Below, piece by piece: positions 6,450 to 15,502 of a stretch of DNA of 64,000 nt. The position numbers were made by a program, and so were the translations under genes. The stretch is from an uncultured virus (IMG/VR IMGVR_UViG_3300025759_000075). Taxonomy: Duplodnaviria; Heunggongvirae; Uroviricota; Caudoviricetes. The notes below the pieces were generated by a model that saw only the letters and a list, made by a program, of their open reading frames with translations, searched no databases and was not told the DNA's origin. Numbering within the stretch: position 1 is the stretch's first letter; every line of letters begins with the position of its first letter. The stretch covers positions 1 through 64,000 of the IMG/VR virus record IMGVR_UViG_3300025759_000075. One strand, 5' to 3'.

Positions 6450-7996
6450 CGATAACTCAGCAGGAGGCTGCAACGGAACTCCTGCGCCGCCGCCGCGCCA
6501 GATCCAGCCTTGTTGATTATGCCCGCTATATCGATGTTCCCGGCGCACCTGTCACTGAAGACGATCCCGACTGCGAGACATTCAAACCGGTCGAAACTGT
6601 TCTAGCCGAGCATCACGAAATCATCCTGAACGCCACACAGCGGTGCATAGAGCGCCACCGTGGGCGAACGATGCTGTTCCTGCCCCCTGGTAGTGCGAAG
6701 TCGACATACGCAACGGTCGTGTCATCAACATGGGCGCTGGGTAGGCAAGAGGGGTACAAGGTTATCAATGTCAGCTATGCCAGCGACATAGCTAAGAAGT
6801 TTGGCCGCCGAATGAGGGCGATAACCAAGCAGAAGAAGTTCGAAAATCTATTCTCCACCAGTTTATCGAAAGAGAGTAGCGCCGCTGATGAGTGGGCCTT
6901 GTTGAATGAATCTGAATTCATGGCTGGCGGCATTCTTTCTGGCATAACCGGGAACCGTGCAGATTTCGTATGTATTGACGATCCCATTCGCGGGCGACGT
7001 GACGCGGATTCGGAAACAATTCGGAAGAACACCCGCGATGCATACGATGATGATGTTCTAACCCGCTTGAAGCCCGGTGGGAGCGTGATGATTACGCAAA
7101 CGCGCTGGCATGAAATGGACCTTGCTGGCTCTATCCTGCCTGAAGGATGGAATGGCGAAAGCGGCATGATTGAGTGCCGTGATGGCGAGACGTGGGAAGT
7201 TATCTGCATTCCTGCCAAGGCTGAGCGTCACGACGACATGCTTGGGCGTTTGCCGGGTGAGTATATCTGGCCAGAATGGTTCGGTCCTGAGCATTGGGCT
7301 CCGTTCGAGCGGATGCCCCGTACATGGAATGCCCTCTACCAACAGCGACCAGCCCCCGACACAGGCGACTACTTCAAGCGCGAATGGATTATCGAGGAAG
7401 ATGCTGTTCCACCTCTCCAGACCATGCAGATATTCGGTGCATCCGATTATGCCGTGACCGCAAACGGCGGCGATTACACGGTGCATGTCGTCATGGGGAT
7501 AGATCACACGGGCCGCTTGTGGCTGCTTGACCTATGGCGGCAACAGGCATCGTCCGATGTATGGGTGGATAGCCTGTGTGCGTTGGTGAAGCAGTGGAAG
7601 CCGATAGGATGGGCAGAGGAAACCGGGCAGATCAAGTCGGGCGTTGGCCCGTTCCTGGTGAAGCGGATGCTTGAGACTGAGGCTTACGTGGCCCGCGAGC
7701 AGTTCCCGACACGCGGCGACAAAGCGGTGCGAGCCCAGTCCATTCGTGGGCGCATGGCAATGCAGGGGCTGCACGTTCCCCGTGGTGCGCCATGGTTGCC
7801 AACACTCATTTCCGAGATGATGTCTTTCCCCGTCGGCAGTCACGACGATCAGGTCGATGCGCTGGGTTTGGCAGGACAGTTGATTGCGAAGATGGATTTC
7901 GGTAAGACACCTGAAGACGAGAAACCTAAACCGGGGGCACCGCCGCGCGTCGTGGCGGATGGTGTTATCGCCCCGCCATTGAGGATGAGGCGGTAA
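6446..7996 (+). CDS. terL: Terminase large subunit
   Basis: PPGSAKST Walker A, CIDDP Walker B, QTRWH, FP.GSHDDQVDA nuclease motif. Confidence 0.95.
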   Translation: MTITQQEAATELLRRRRARSSLVDYARYIDVPGAPVTEDDPDCETFKPVETVLAEHHEIILNATQRCIERHRGRTMLFLPPGSAKSTYATVVSSTWALGRQEGYKVINVSYASDIAKKFGRRMRAITKQKKFENLFSTSLSKESSAADEWALLNESEFMAGGILSGITGNRADFVCIDDPIRGRRDADSETIRKNTRDAYDDDVLTRLKPGGSVMITQTRWHEMDLAGSILPEGWNGESGMIECRDGETWEVICIPAKAERHDDMLGRLPGEYIWPEWFGPEHWAPFERMPRTWNALYQQRPAPDTGDYFKREWIIEEDAVPPLQTMQIFGASDYAVTANGGDYTVHVVMGIDHTGRLWLLDLWRQQASSDVWVDSLCALVKQWKPIGWAEETGQIKSGVGPFLVKRMLETEAYVAREQFPTRGDKAVRAQSIRGRMAMQGLHVPRGAPWLPTLISEMMSFPVGSHDDQVDALGLAGQLIAKMDFGKTPEDEKPKPGAPPRVVADGVIAPPLRMRR

Positions 7997-8002
7997 GGCA
8001 TA

Positions 8003-10318
8003 GTGATGGACAGCACCCAAGACTTCACCGGCACGCCTGAGCAGACGCGCGAGAAAGCCTCCGCGCCTATCCTGCAGGCCCTCAAGCGCTCGCAGGACGC
8101 GTTCAAGGAATGGGACGCCACCTGCCACGGTATCGATGACATCTACTCGCGCCACGGATCGTCCTATGAAACCCTGATGACCGATTATGGCGGATCCAGC
8201 TGGAAAGATGCACAGATGGACCTGTTCTGGTCATCGTCGGAAGTGCTGAAACCTGCAGTGTATGCGCGCCCGCCTGTTCCTGCGATTGCGCCGATCTTCA
8301 AGGATGGTGGCCGTCTGAAGTCAACCACGGCTGAATTGCTTGAGCGTGCGGCGGTATCGACCTTCAAGAAGACTGGCATTGACGATGTGATGCAGTCGGT
8401 GCGCGATGACCTGCTGTTCTCCGGCCGCGGTGTCATGTGGCTGCGGTATGAGAGCGACGATGGAAAGCGCGTCTGTGTAGAACACCTCGATCGCGATGAC
8501 TTCCTGCATGACGTGGCCCGCAAGTGGTCTGCCGTCGGCTGGGTGGCTGGCGGTTTCTGGATGTCTCGTGAAGAGATCAAGGAGCGGTTCAAGGGTCTGA
8601 CTGAAGACCAGATGGACACCATCAAGTTCCTTGAGCGCCGCGACGTGGACAACCGCGACGAAAAGGCAATGACTGCCAAGGCGCGTGTGTGGGAGGTCTG
8701 GCACAAGGCCAACAACCGCGTTTACTGGGTTACTGAGGGTCTGGATGTCTATCTGGACGATGGTGAGCCCCACCTGAAGCTTGATGAGTTCTTCCCCTGC
8801 CCACGGCCAGCCTATGGCACGCTGCAGCGGCGTAGCCTTATTCCTGTGCCCGACTTCGAACGCTATTCAGGCATGTTCGCCAAGATCAACACGCTGACGG
8901 CGCGCATTTACCTGCTGCTTGATCAGGTCAAGATGAAGGGCCTTATCCCTGCAGGAGGGGACATTGCAGACGCCATCCACCAGGTTATGCGCTCGGATGA
9001 CGACAGCATCGTTATCGGTGTTCCTGGCGCTGCCATGATGGAGGGCGCCGCAGTAGTGCAATGGTTGCCACTCGACCAGATCGCCGCCGCCATTACGGGC
9101 CTGATCGAAGCCCGCCGCCAGCTGATCGAAGACTTCTACCAGCTTTCCGGAATATCGGACATCATGCGCGGTGCGACACAGGCGGAAGAAACGCTTGGCG
9201 CCCAGCAGTTGAAGGCGCAGTTCGGTTCTGTGCGTGTGCGCCAAAAGATCGACGAGATGCAGCGGATTGCGGCTGAAGCGGTCAAGATCGCATCGGAGAT
9301 ACTGGCCGAAAAGTTCGACGGTGACACGCTGCTTGCCATGTCGCAGATGGAATTGCCGACACGCAAGGACATCGAAAAGCGGCTTAAGGAGATTGAAAGC
9401 GCCGCCGAAAAGGAAATGAAGGCGCTGGCTGACAAGGCCATGGAAGGCGGGCAGGACATGGATCCTGCACAGGCCCAGCAGATGCTTCAACAGGCGCAAC
9501 AGGAGATTGTCTCCCGCTATGCGCCGATGTTCGAAGAAGCCGAGAACCTTGTGCCGATCGATGACGTGGTGGACCTGCTGCGCGATGACCGGGCGCGCTC
9601 GTTTGCCTTCGAGATCGAGACCGATTCCACTATCATGGTGGATGAGATTGCCGAGAAACAGGCCCGCAACGAGTTCATGGGGGCGTTCAACAGCGCCACG
9701 CAGGGGCTTATGGGGCTGGCTGGCATGGGTGAGCCCGGGGCCAAGCTTGCGGGTGAGTTGATGAAGTTCGTGCTGGCGCCCTATCGCGTCGGCCGGCAGA
9801 TGGACACGGCGATTGACGACTTCGTGAAGCAGGCGCCTGCGATGATGGCAGGACAGGGTGAAGGTGAAGATCAGCAGGGCGTTGCGGCACTGGCTGAAGC
9901 CGAGATGGAAAAGGCCAAGGCTCAGATGGCCAAGGTCGAGGCCGATAGCGCGCTCAAGCAGGCTGAAAACCAACGCAAGTTCGCTGAATTGCAGGTAAAG
10001 GCGCAGAAGGATCAGGCGGACGCTCAGGCCAAGATGGTCAAACTGCAGCAGGATGCGGATGCAATGGGAATCAAGGCGCAGGAAGCGTTGGCCAATGTCG
10101 ATCTGCTGCGGGCACAGACCATGAAGGCCATGTCCGAGGCTGGAATAGCTATCGACACCGCGCAGCTTGACGAGTTCCGTTCGCTGTCGGACATTGAGAT
10201 CAAGCGCAGCCAGGAACAGCGCGCCATCGCCAATGACGCAAGGCAGGCTGCACGGGCCGATCGCCAAGAGGTGCGGGAGGTTATGGAGCCGCCCGAAACC
10301 GAGATGGAGGACGATTGA
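8003..10318 (+). CDS. Portal protein (P22-like, long helical C-terminus)
   Basis: Size, position after terL, coiled-coil C-terminal barrel. Confidence 0.8.
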   Translation: MMDSTQDFTGTPEQTREKASAPILQALKRSQDAFKEWDATCHGIDDIYSRHGSSYETLMTDYGGSSWKDAQMDLFWSSSEVLKPAVYARPPVPAIAPIFKDGGRLKSTTAELLERAAVSTFKKTGIDDVMQSVRDDLLFSGRGVMWLRYESDDGKRVCVEHLDRDDFLHDVARKWSAVGWVAGGFWMSREEIKERFKGLTEDQMDTIKFLERRDVDNRDEKAMTAKARVWEVWHKANNRVYWVTEGLDVYLDDGEPHLKLDEFFPCPRPAYGTLQRRSLIPVPDFERYSGMFAKINTLTARIYLLLDQVKMKGLIPAGGDIADAIHQVMRSDDDSIVIGVPGAAMMEGAAVVQWLPLDQIAAAITGLIEARRQLIEDFYQLSGISDIMRGATQAEETLGAQQLKAQFGSVRVRQKIDEMQRIAAEAVKIASEILAEKFDGDTLLAMSQMELPTRKDIEKRLKEIESAAEKEMKALADKAMEGGQDMDPAQAQQMLQQAQQEIVSRYAPMFEEAENLVPIDDVVDLLRDDRARSFAFEIETDSTIMVDEIAEKQARNEFMGAFNSATQGLMGLAGMGEPGAKLAGELMKFVLAPYRVGRQMDTAIDDFVKQAPAMMAGQGEGEDQQGVAALAEAEMEKAKAQMAKVEADSALKQAENQRKFAELQVKAQKDQADAQAKMVKLQQDADAMGIKAQEALANVDLLRAQTMKAMSEAGIAIDTAQLDEFRSLSDIEIKRSQEQRAIANDARQAARADRQEVREVMEPPETEMEDD

Positions 10319-10473
10319 TGAACGTCACCATAGTTGAAAGCGGGGGCTATCCCGTTACGCCTGTAGATGACGGCGCACCTCCTGCCGAAGTGGTCGATGA
10401 AGGCGGTTATCCCATTACCATCGTGGAAAGCGGCGGCGTTCCGTTCGTTCTCAATAATTACACACCCGCATAA
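10318..10473 (+). CDS. Small protein with (V/I)V(E/D)(S/E)GGYP repeats
   Basis: GGAGG SD, TGATG coupling; homolog at 51389-51568. Confidence 0.7.
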   Translation: MNVTIVESGGYPVTPVDDGAPPAEVVDEGGYPITIVESGGVPFVLNNYTPA

Positions 10474-10485
10474 GGACTGAGTGAC

Positions 10486-10743
10486 ATGGCGAATGCAGAA
10501 AGATTGATGGCTCTGGGCGTAACAGGCCCGATGGCTGTGGAAATGGCGGCACAGATCGAAGCGCAGGAAGGCAATGCCGACCGTCTTCGTGAACTGGGCA
10601 TGGTCCCTTCGCTTGCCGCGGAACTGGCTGGCCAGATCGACGCTGAAGGCGCGACCGACGCGCCGAAGCTTGCCGCGCATAGCATGGTGCCCGATGTCGC
10701 GGTGGAAACCGTGGCGCAGATCGAGGCTGACAGGGCTGAATAA
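10486..10743 (+). CDS. Small acidic protein with three internal repeats
   Basis: Conserved at 51574-51828. Confidence 0.75.
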   Translation: MANAERLMALGVTGPMAVEMAAQIEAQEGNADRLRELGMVPSLAAELAGQIDAEGATDAPKLAAHSMVPDVAVETVAQIEADRAE

Positions 10744-10875
10744 TGCCGGGGCTTGTCCGTCGTCTGGTCGATACTGGCATGTCCTATCAGCAGGCCCAGC
10801 AGTTCAGCGACCTGTCTGGAAGCGACATTGCGACACCAGTTACATAACTTGCGACGGAAAATGAAAGGAACTGAC

Positions 10876-11025
10876 ATGACTACGAAGAAAGAACAGGAAA
10901 AGATCGACAACGACGACAACGGCCTTGCCGATCGCATGAAGACGATGGACCCGCGCTTCGATGAGAAGGGTAAGCCCGTCGAAGAGGAAAAGAAGGAAGG
11001 TCAGACCAAGACCGCCAGCAAATAG
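10876..11025 (+). CDS. Small charged protein (MTTKKEQEKID...)
   Basis: AAGGA SD; conserved at 51862-52017. Confidence 0.7.
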   Translation: MTTKKEQEKIDNDDNGLADRMKTMDPRFDEKGKPVEEEKKEGQTKTASK

Positions 11026-11034
11026 GAGGCTGTC

Positions 11035-11418
11035 ATTCCGTTGTACGATTTTTTGTGCGAGAACTATCATCGTTTCGAACGGTTCGTTCCGCTTGCGTCC
11101 TTTGAAGATCGTCAGGAATGCGAATGCGGGGCCGGTGCTTCGCGTCTTATCAGTGCGCCAAGGATCATATCGGACAGCATAGAGCCGACCATGGGGCCAG
11201 ACGGTAAGATGCACACCAGTCTCGCATCGTATCGCCACAGCTGCACGCCAGAGGGTAATTCCCGCGGCGAAAAGTTCGAAGAGTTGGGGCGGGATGAATT
11301 GCCCGCTTTCAAGGCGCCGGAATTCGACCGACGCAAACGGCGTGACGACATCCGCGCCGGGATCCAGGATGTCAAAGAGGGCCGCGTTCCGCCCGTTGTT
11401 ACCGGGGATACACCATGA
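11035..11418 (+). CDS. FmdB-like zinc-ribbon protein (ATT or TTG start)
   Basis: PLYDF.C...H.FE...CECG...RLISAP; homolog at 52017-52400. Confidence 0.75.
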   Translation: MPLYDFLCENYHRFERFVPLASFEDRQECECGAGASRLISAPRIISDSIEPTMGPDGKMHTSLASYRHSCTPEGNSRGEKFEELGRDELPAFKAPEFDRRKRRDDIRAGIQDVKEGRVPPVVTGDTP

Positions 11419-12626
11419 CCGATCTAGCCGATATTGAGACTGTTTCGACCAACCTTGAGGAAACCACGCCTTCCAGCCCGTCCGGTGGGGGCGTTGTTAA
11501 TCCGCCTGCCGAAGATGGCAAGGAGGAAACCTCTCTGCGCGATACGCTGGCCGACGAACTGAAGAAGGACGAAGGCCGCAACAAAACTGAAAAGCCGGAG
11601 AAGCCTGAGAAAGCTGAAAAGCCCGCAAAGGAGCCTGCCAAAGATGACGCCGACGCCGCCAAGGGAACCGATGGGGACGAAGATGGCGAGACCGAAGGAA
11701 AGGCGCAGCAGGGCGATAAAGACAACGCCGAACACAAGGAAAAGGCAGCGGCCAAGCCCGACGATGTAGAGGGTGACAAGGGGCGTGCTGAAGGCAAGAC
11801 TGAAGACAAGCCCGGGCATTATCAGCCGCCGAAGAACTTCCTGCCCGATGCGCGCGAAAAGTGGCTCAATGTTCCGCGCCCTGTGCAGCGCGACATCGAC
11901 AACATGGCTCGCGAATACGAAACGCAGGTGCAGCAGTATCAGAAGGCTACGGAACGCTACGAATCCCTGCGCGAGTTCGATGAACTGGCACAGACGAACG
12001 GGCGCGATCTGACCGAGAGCCTGACGAAGCTCAACGAGATTGAGAATCTGATGCAATCCAACCCGATTGCGGGCTTGAACGCTATCCTGCAGGAGATTGG
12101 CCCCCGTCGCGCTGACGGAACGGCGCCCTCTCTGCGCGAAGTGGCTGCATTCATCGCTCAGCAGCCGGATGACAAGTATCAACAGATGGTAGCACAACGT
12201 CCGCAGCAGCAAGAGCAGCAGGCTGACCCTCAGGTTGAGGCACTGCAGCGCCAGATTTACGAGATGCAGATTCAGCAGACGGCCCAGAATGTCATCGAAC
12301 CATTCAAGGCCGAGCATCCGCGCTACAATGAATTGCAAGGGGCTATTGATAAAATACTTCGTTCTGGTATGGTGCCTTCTAGCTTGAGTGCGCCTGACCG
12401 ACTGGCAGCGGCTTACGACATGGCTGAGAGGCTTAACCCTCCTTCGAATGTCGAACAGCCCGCCTCACAGGCAAACCCTGACGCAGATGCCCGCGTTGAT
12501 GACCTCAGCGGCACGAAATCCATCAAATCTGCGCCGGGGTCAGCATCACCCGATCTCGAACCCGACCGCAGCGGCCCAACACGCGACATCCTACGCGAGG
12601 AAATGCGCAGGCGTCGTGCAAGCTAA
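11415..12626 (+). CDS. Capsid scaffolding protein
   Basis: Acidic/low-complexity and coiled-coil; immediately upstream of capsid gene. Confidence 0.7.
   Translation: MTDLADIETVSTNLEETTPSSPSGGGVVNPPAEDGKEETSLRDTLADELKKDEGRNKTEKPEKPEKAEKPAKEPAKDDADAAKGTDGDEDGETEGKAQQGDKDNAEHKEKAAAKPDDVEGDKGRAEGKTEDKPGHYQPPKNFLPDAREKWLNVPRPVQRDIDNMAREYETQVQQYQKATERYESLREFDELAQTNGRDLTESLTKLNEIENLMQSNPIAGLNAILQEIGPRRADGTAPSLREVAAFIAQQPDDKYQQMVAQRPQQQEQQADPQVEALQRQIYEMQIQQTAQNVIEPFKAEHPRYNELQGAIDKILRSGMVPSSLSAPDRLAAAYDMAERLNPPSNVEQPASQANPDADARVDDLSGTKSIKSAPGSASPDLEPDRSGPTRDILREEMRRRRAS
12346..12373 (+). promoter_or_regulatory. Putative internal promoter for capsid gene inside scaffold CDS
   Basis: TTGATA-16-TATGGT with extended -10 TG; equivalent TTGCAA-16-TAGGAT at 53313-53340. 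Confidence 0.5.
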
Positions 12627-12639
12627 GAGGGGATAGGAC

Positions 12640-13650
12640 ATGCCTATCGTTTCAGATCGTAACTACGGGCAGATTCTGACTGCCTCGGTTGCACGTCGTT
12701 CGCGCGATGTGCAGAATATCGTCTACAACTCCACTCCACTGACTCGCATCCTGCGGGACCAGAATCGCATCAAGATGAAAACTGCCGGCGGGCCGGAACT
12801 TCGTGTTCCGATCATGTTCGACAAGCTGGATGCACAGTGGTTCACCGGCTATGACAAGCTGCAGATCACGCCCAAGGAGCTGCTGAACTCGGCAGTCTTC
12901 AACTGGTCGCGGTGTGTCGGCATGTTCTCGCTTACTGGCACCGAACTGCTTTACAACAGCGGCGAAGATGAAGTCATCGATCTCATGGAAACCTACATGG
13001 ATGCTGCAGAGCAGTCCGTGAAGGAAGCCTTCGAAGAAGGTATCGTGGGCGATGGCACTGCCGACGGCGGTCGCCAGATGATCGGCTGGGGTGCTGCTAT
13101 CCCGACCGTGACCAACACGGGCGTTTATGGCGGAATCGATCGTGCAACAGTTCCTAACTGGCGTACCTCGACCTTCGACATCCCGGCAGGCGATGTCTCG
13201 GGCTTCACCACGTTCGACAGCACCACGGCTCGCCAGATCATCGAACGGATTACCCTGCAGCGCTCGCGCGGCGGTCGTTATCCCGACTTGATCATCGCGG
13301 ATGCCAAGTCCTACGAAGTCATCTCTTCGGCCTTTGTCGCTCATCAGCGGCTGGCTTCGGAACGCCTCGCGCGTCTCGGCTTCCAGGGCATGTCGATCGT
13401 CACTGGCGCAGGCATCGTCGATGTCGTGGCAGCTGGCGGTATCGGCAACGTCATGCCGGAGAATACCTTCTTCGGTATCGATACCAAGGGCATGTCGATC
13501 TACACCTTCCCGGGTCAGGAATTCGTTCCTTTCCATCCGGGCAACGGTATGCGTCCGATCAACCAGGATGCGGTGGCTCAGGGTGTGGTATGGACGGGAC
13601 AGCTTGTCCTCGAAAACCCGCTCTTCACCTATCGCGCCATCACGGCCTAA
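12640..13650 (+). CDS. Major capsid protein
   Basis: 336 aa, strong codon bias, position, highly conserved in phage B. Confidence 0.85.
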   Translation: MPIVSDRNYGQILTASVARRSRDVQNIVYNSTPLTRILRDQNRIKMKTAGGPELRVPIMFDKLDAQWFTGYDKLQITPKELLNSAVFNWSRCVGMFSLTGTELLYNSGEDEVIDLMETYMDAAEQSVKEAFEEGIVGDGTADGGRQMIGWGAAIPTVTNTGVYGGIDRATVPNWRTSTFDIPAGDVSGFTTFDSTTARQIIERITLQRSRGGRYPDLIIADAKSYEVISSAFVAHQRLASERLARLGFQGMSIVTGAGIVDVVAAGGIGNVMPENTFFGIDTKGMSIYTFPGQEFVPFHPGNGMRPINQDAVAQGVVWTGQLVLENPLFTYRAITA

Positions 13651-13666
13651 CCGAGAGGATTGAAAA

Positions 13667-13984
13667 ATGGTTACTTCACCTTTCCGCACCACTGGCCAGC
13701 TTGGCCCCGATCTGCACCAACAGGTCACTCCGGGCGAAGTCTGGTACGATAACCCGGATCTCGTCAGCCCCGTCGTGGGCACGCGGGAAACCGGCGATGA
13801 TGGCTTCGATTATGTCTGGGTTCGCGCCTCGGCAAACGTCGCAGCAGCATCGGCTCCGGGCACGCAGGTATCGATCACGGTTCCTGCCTACACTGCGGCT
13901 GCAGGCGCGGGCGGTTTCTACGCTCCGATTGCAGGCGTAACGTCCGGCGATTACTTTTGGGCCAAGAAGGGCTCAACACTTTGA
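13667..13984 (+). CDS. Putative capsid decoration/minor virion protein
   Basis: Follows capsid, precedes terminator; near-identical in phage B. Confidence 0.6.
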   Translation: MVTSPFRTTGQLGPDLHQQVTPGEVWYDNPDLVSPVVGTRETGDDGFDYVWVRASANVAAASAPGTQVSITVPAYTAAAGAGGFYAPIAGVTSGDYFWAKKGSTL

Positions 13985-13992
13985 TCGTCACG

Positions 13993-14023
13993 CGGGGGAG
14001 GTTTCGGCTTCCCCCGTTATTTT
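13993..14023 (+). terminator. Rho-independent terminator after capsid genes
   Basis: CGGGGGAGGT-TTCG-GCTTCCCCCG followed by TTATTTT. Confidence 0.8.
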
Positions 14024-14044
14024 CTCTAATTGGAGCGTCCATCC

Positions 14045-14779
14045 ATGACTGAAGCCGTACTTATCGACGAACGTGACCTTCAGGTCACTCCCATGTTCAA
14101 GGTCATCCAGGTCGAAGACATCAACGCCTCGGAACGCGAAGGCCACCTCGTGATGAAAACTCGCGAAGTGGTCGAAGTCCGCATTGCCGGCGCGCGCGAT
14201 GTGAAGGTGTTTCCCTCGGATGAAGTCTGGCGCCGCGAAGGCAATAGGGCGATTACCTATGCCGAACGCTGGCCTGAACAATACGCCACCTATCACAACG
14301 GCGACACGCAGCAGGCGCTAGGCACGCCGCTGGAAATGCTGCGCCCCTATGGCATCTCGGAATCGATGGTTTCGGTCTGCCGCGCGCTCAAGATTTATTC
14401 GGTTGAGGCCCTGTATGCTCTAGAGGGTGCGGGTCTCAAGGCGCTCGGTATGAACGGCAATCGGCTAAAGGACGCGGCCCGTCAGTTCATGGCCGAGCGC
14501 CAATCTTCTGTCAGCGCCATGTCGGAAGTCGAAGCCCTGAAGGCTCGCATTGCCGAACTGGAAGCCAATGGTTCGAAGGTGGACATTCCCGCCGAATTGC
14601 CTACTGATGCAGAGATGGATGCGGCGGTGGCTGCTTCCGATGCGGAGTTTGCGGATATGAGCGACGAGGCAATCAAGGAAGAGATCGGGAAGCTTGCCGG
14701 ATCCAAACCCCGCGGAACTCCTTCGCGCTCGACACTTGAAAACTCCTTGCGCGAACTTCGCGCTGCAAAGGCTGCTTAA
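14045..14779 (+). CDS. Conserved phage protein of unknown function
   Basis: Homolog at 55006-55740; typical position after capsid genes. Confidence 0.75.
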   Translation: MTEAVLIDERDLQVTPMFKVIQVEDINASEREGHLVMKTREVVEVRIAGARDVKVFPSDEVWRREGNRAITYAERWPEQYATYHNGDTQQALGTPLEMLRPYGISESMVSVCRALKIYSVEALYALEGAGLKALGMNGNRLKDAARQFMAERQSSVSAMSEVEALKARIAELEANGSKVDIPAELPTDAEMDAAVAASDAEFADMSDEAIKEEIGKLAGSKPRGTPSRSTLENSLRELRAAKAA

Positions 14780-15502
14780 ATGACGGTGCTTGCGGCCCTC
14801 CAAAAGGCTAGTATCAGGCTAGTGGGTCGCAAGCCCAATACGTTCTTTGGCGCCAAGGGTCAGTTCGAACTTGAATTGACCGACCTTGTTAACGAGGTGG
14901 CGCAGGACATTGCCCAGTATCAGGATTGGCAGGAACTTGTCCGCATAGGCACGGTGACGGGCGATGGCGTGGCAACCGATTTCGATCTGCCGACCGATTA
15001 CAGTCGCTTTCCCGTCAAGGGTGCCATTCAGGACTATACGAATTGGGCTTGGGGATATTTCCACTATCAGGACCTCGACACGTTCTTGTATGATGAAGCG
15101 CGCAACTTCAATGCACTGCCGGGTGGCTGGATCATCTACGGCAATTTGATGCGTTTCTCGCCTGCTCCTGCAACGGATGCGCAGGCCAAATTCCCTTACA
15201 TCACGAAGAACATCGTGCGGGATTTCTCAACCAACACGAAAGAGGAATTCACCGATGACCGCGATGAGTTCCTGCTGCCCGAACGCCTGCTGACGCTGGG
15301 CCTCGTGTGGAGGTGGAGGGAGAATAAGAAACTTGATTCCACTGGCGACCAAGAGGCATTCATCAAGGCTCTGGACGAATACGCTGCCAAGTCGGGCGGC
15401 CCTGTGGTTATCCGTCGCAATGGCGCCCGCGGTATCCCCGGTACGCATCCGGCCTATCCTTGGGAACTTGGACAGGGCGCTAACTACTGGCCCGTCGGCT
15501 GA
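14780..15502 (+). CDS. Head-tail adaptor protein
   Basis: Size and position; F.LP.DY...FSPAP pattern. Confidence 0.7.
   Translation: MTVLAALQKASIRLVGRKPNTFFGAKGQFELELTDLVNEVAQDIAQYQDWQELVRIGTVTGDGVATDFDLPTDYSRFPVKGAIQDYTNWAWGYFHYQDLDTFLYDEARNFNALPGGWIIYGNLMRFSPAPATDAQAKFPYITKNIVRDFSTNTKEEFTDDRDEFLLPERLLTLGLVWRWRENKKLDSTGDQEAFIKALDEYAAKSGGPVVIRRNGARGIPGTHPAYPWELGQGANYWPVG

Noticed and set aside
8867..10267. Long minus-strand ORFs opposite structural genes (also 11424-12338, 12652-13782, 49245-51104, 57141-58442)
   Set aside because: Shadow ORFs expected from GC-rich codon bias; no SD or protein-like motifs, and boundaries are not conserved between the two phages
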